From the human T2T-CHM13v2.0 reference genome, Homo sapiens, in assembly GCF_009914755.1 (NCBI RefSeq), contig NC_060940.1: DNA of 64,000 bases; one strand, 5' to 3'. Position 1 is the stretch's first letter. The number at the start of each line of letters is the position of its first letter. Below, piece by piece: positions 62,350-64,000 of this stretch. The notes under the pieces are model-generated. The model made no database searches. It saw nothing but the letters and a program-made list of their open reading frames with translations, and was not told the origin of the DNA. The position numbers were made by a program, and so were the translations under genes.

Positions 62350-62644
62350 GGCCAGGCGTGGTGCTCACACCTGTAATCCCAGCACTTTGGGAGGCCGAGG
62401 TGGGCAGATCACCTGACGTCAGGAGTTGGAGACCATCCTGGCCAACATGGTGAAACCCCGTCTCTATTAAAAATACAAAAATTAGCCAGGCATGGTGGTA
62501 TGCGCCTGTAGTCCCAGCTAGTTAGGAGGCTGAGGCAGGAGAATCGCTTGAACCCGGGAGGCGGAGGTTGCGGCAAGCCGAGACTGCACCACTGCAATCC
62601 AGCCTGGGCGACAGGGCAAGCCTCTGTCTCAAAAGAAAAAAAAA
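62350..62644 (+). mobile_element. Alu (plus an Alu monomer fragment at about 62775-62926)
   Basis: Alu dimer with poly-A. Confidence 0.92.
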
Positions 62645-64000
62645 TCTACACATCCCTCACCACACTGTACATAGGACAGCTGGGTGTAAATTACATCTCC
62701 ATTTAAATGCCTGTCATAGTTTTATACAACTATAAAATATATACGTGCCAAAATAAATTTGATAGGAACATTGGAACCAGGTAAGGTGACGCATACCTGT
62801 AGCACTTCGGGAGGATCCTTTGAGCCCAGGAAGTCGAGGCTTCAGTGAGCCATGACTGCACCACTGCACTCTGGCCCAGGCAACAGTGAGATCCTGTCCT
62901 AGAAAGAAAAGAGAAAAAAAGAAAAATGCGATTTGGAAATGTGGAGGTCGAGGTTGACAGCGACACCGAGGTCGAAGCCAGTTGCCCCTGGAGAGCGAGA
63001 GACTGGGCTGGGCCGACTCCCACCTCTGTCGCGAGAGGCCTACGGGCAGGGGCAGGTGGGCAGGGGGACTGTGCTGGGTCTCTGGCCGCGTCTGGACGGC
63101 AGGCGACACTTTCTCCACAAAAAGCGTCAAGAAACCACGACACTTGGTTTCTGGACTTTTCCGCGGAACAGTAACCAGAACAATCGCCATGAAGGTTCGT
63201 TTCTGTCATGGCTCAGTGCAGCCTGGACGCCCTGGACCAGCCCCTCCTGCGCCTGGGCCACGGCCGCTGCCTTCAGGGCATCACTGGTGGGCGGCACAAC
63301 CATCCTCCCTTTGGGGGGTTAATTTCATTTCTTTCCTCCCTTCTTTAATGGTGAATGGAGGAGCACCGAGCACCACTGCAGTCTCAGTTTCAGATCCCAG
63401 CGCCTCGTCCCTGCCCACTGCCCTCGGCCCCGCCCGCCTGCATTGGCAGTGCCCTGGCCCCACCCACCCGTGTCAGCACCGCCCACCGCCCTGGCACCAC
63501 CCACCGAGTTCTCGCCCATGAGGAAGGGGGACCCTGAGTGGAGGTTTCAAACCTTAGGGGCCGTCCCTGCCGTGCAGGGCTCTGTGAGGCCTCTTGCCAC
63601 ATAGGCTTGTGTCTGCAGGACTGTGCGGCATTTACTCCCATCTCAAATACCCCATACAGGGCAGACTGCCCCTGCCCCACCTGCCCACCCACTCCCCAGC
63701 CTCTTCCGCACGCCTCCTCTGGAAGGGGAACGGGCCACAGAGTGAAATGGGGCCTTCCAGCTCCAGTGCGGGGACTTGGAAGGCCTGGCCCGGTGTGGGG
63801 GCCCCTCTGCCCTGCAGGCCACTCTGTGCAGGCCTATCCTCAGGTGTGCCCTCGCCCAAGGCCTGCACGCACCATGGCTTCTGTGGTACCAGTGATAACA
63901 CCATGCCGGGCACCTCCTGCAGTCACCACCCCTGGGCTGCTAGGGCAGAGACAGCTGCGGTGGCCCGGTGCACCTGCCTGGCCTCAGGATGGCCGAGGCG

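Noticed and set aside
62930-63320. CpG-rich patch with short ORFs as a possible separate gene or foreign insert
   Set aside because: No recognisable protein, RNA structure or insertion hallmarks; at most an intragenic CpG-rich element.

Overview
Eukaryotic, primate (almost certainly human) genomic DNA: GC-rich and dense in Alu, L1, LTR and VNTR sequence. The window holds nearly all of ACSF3 on the + strand. ACSF3 is the mitochondrial malonyl-/methylmalonyl-CoA synthetase (CMAMMA gene, chr16q24.3 from recall). Visible parts are the CpG-island promoter with non-coding exon 1, non-coding exon 2, and coding exons 3-10. The coding exons join in frame through GT-AG sites to give 1613 nt (666+156+155+149+113+127+135+112). 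The last coding exon lies beyond the right edge. I see no prokaryotic genes, CRISPR arrays or structural RNA genes, and most ORF-track entries are spurious GC- or repeat-derived frames. The most unusual feature is a 53-bp tandem triplication of the exon 9 branch point, polypyrimidine tract, AG and first 30 exonic nt. It gives three near-identical 3' splice sites, and only the last is in frame. Other points of interest: two inverted copies of a minisatellite that could fold back in intron 7; an antisense solo HERV-W (LTR17-like) LTR with a 4-bp TSD; a Cys-rich uORF in exon 2; a 29-bp palindrome abutting a 137-bp repeat; and tandem repeats at two other splice sites. Repeat family names come from recognition, not a database search.
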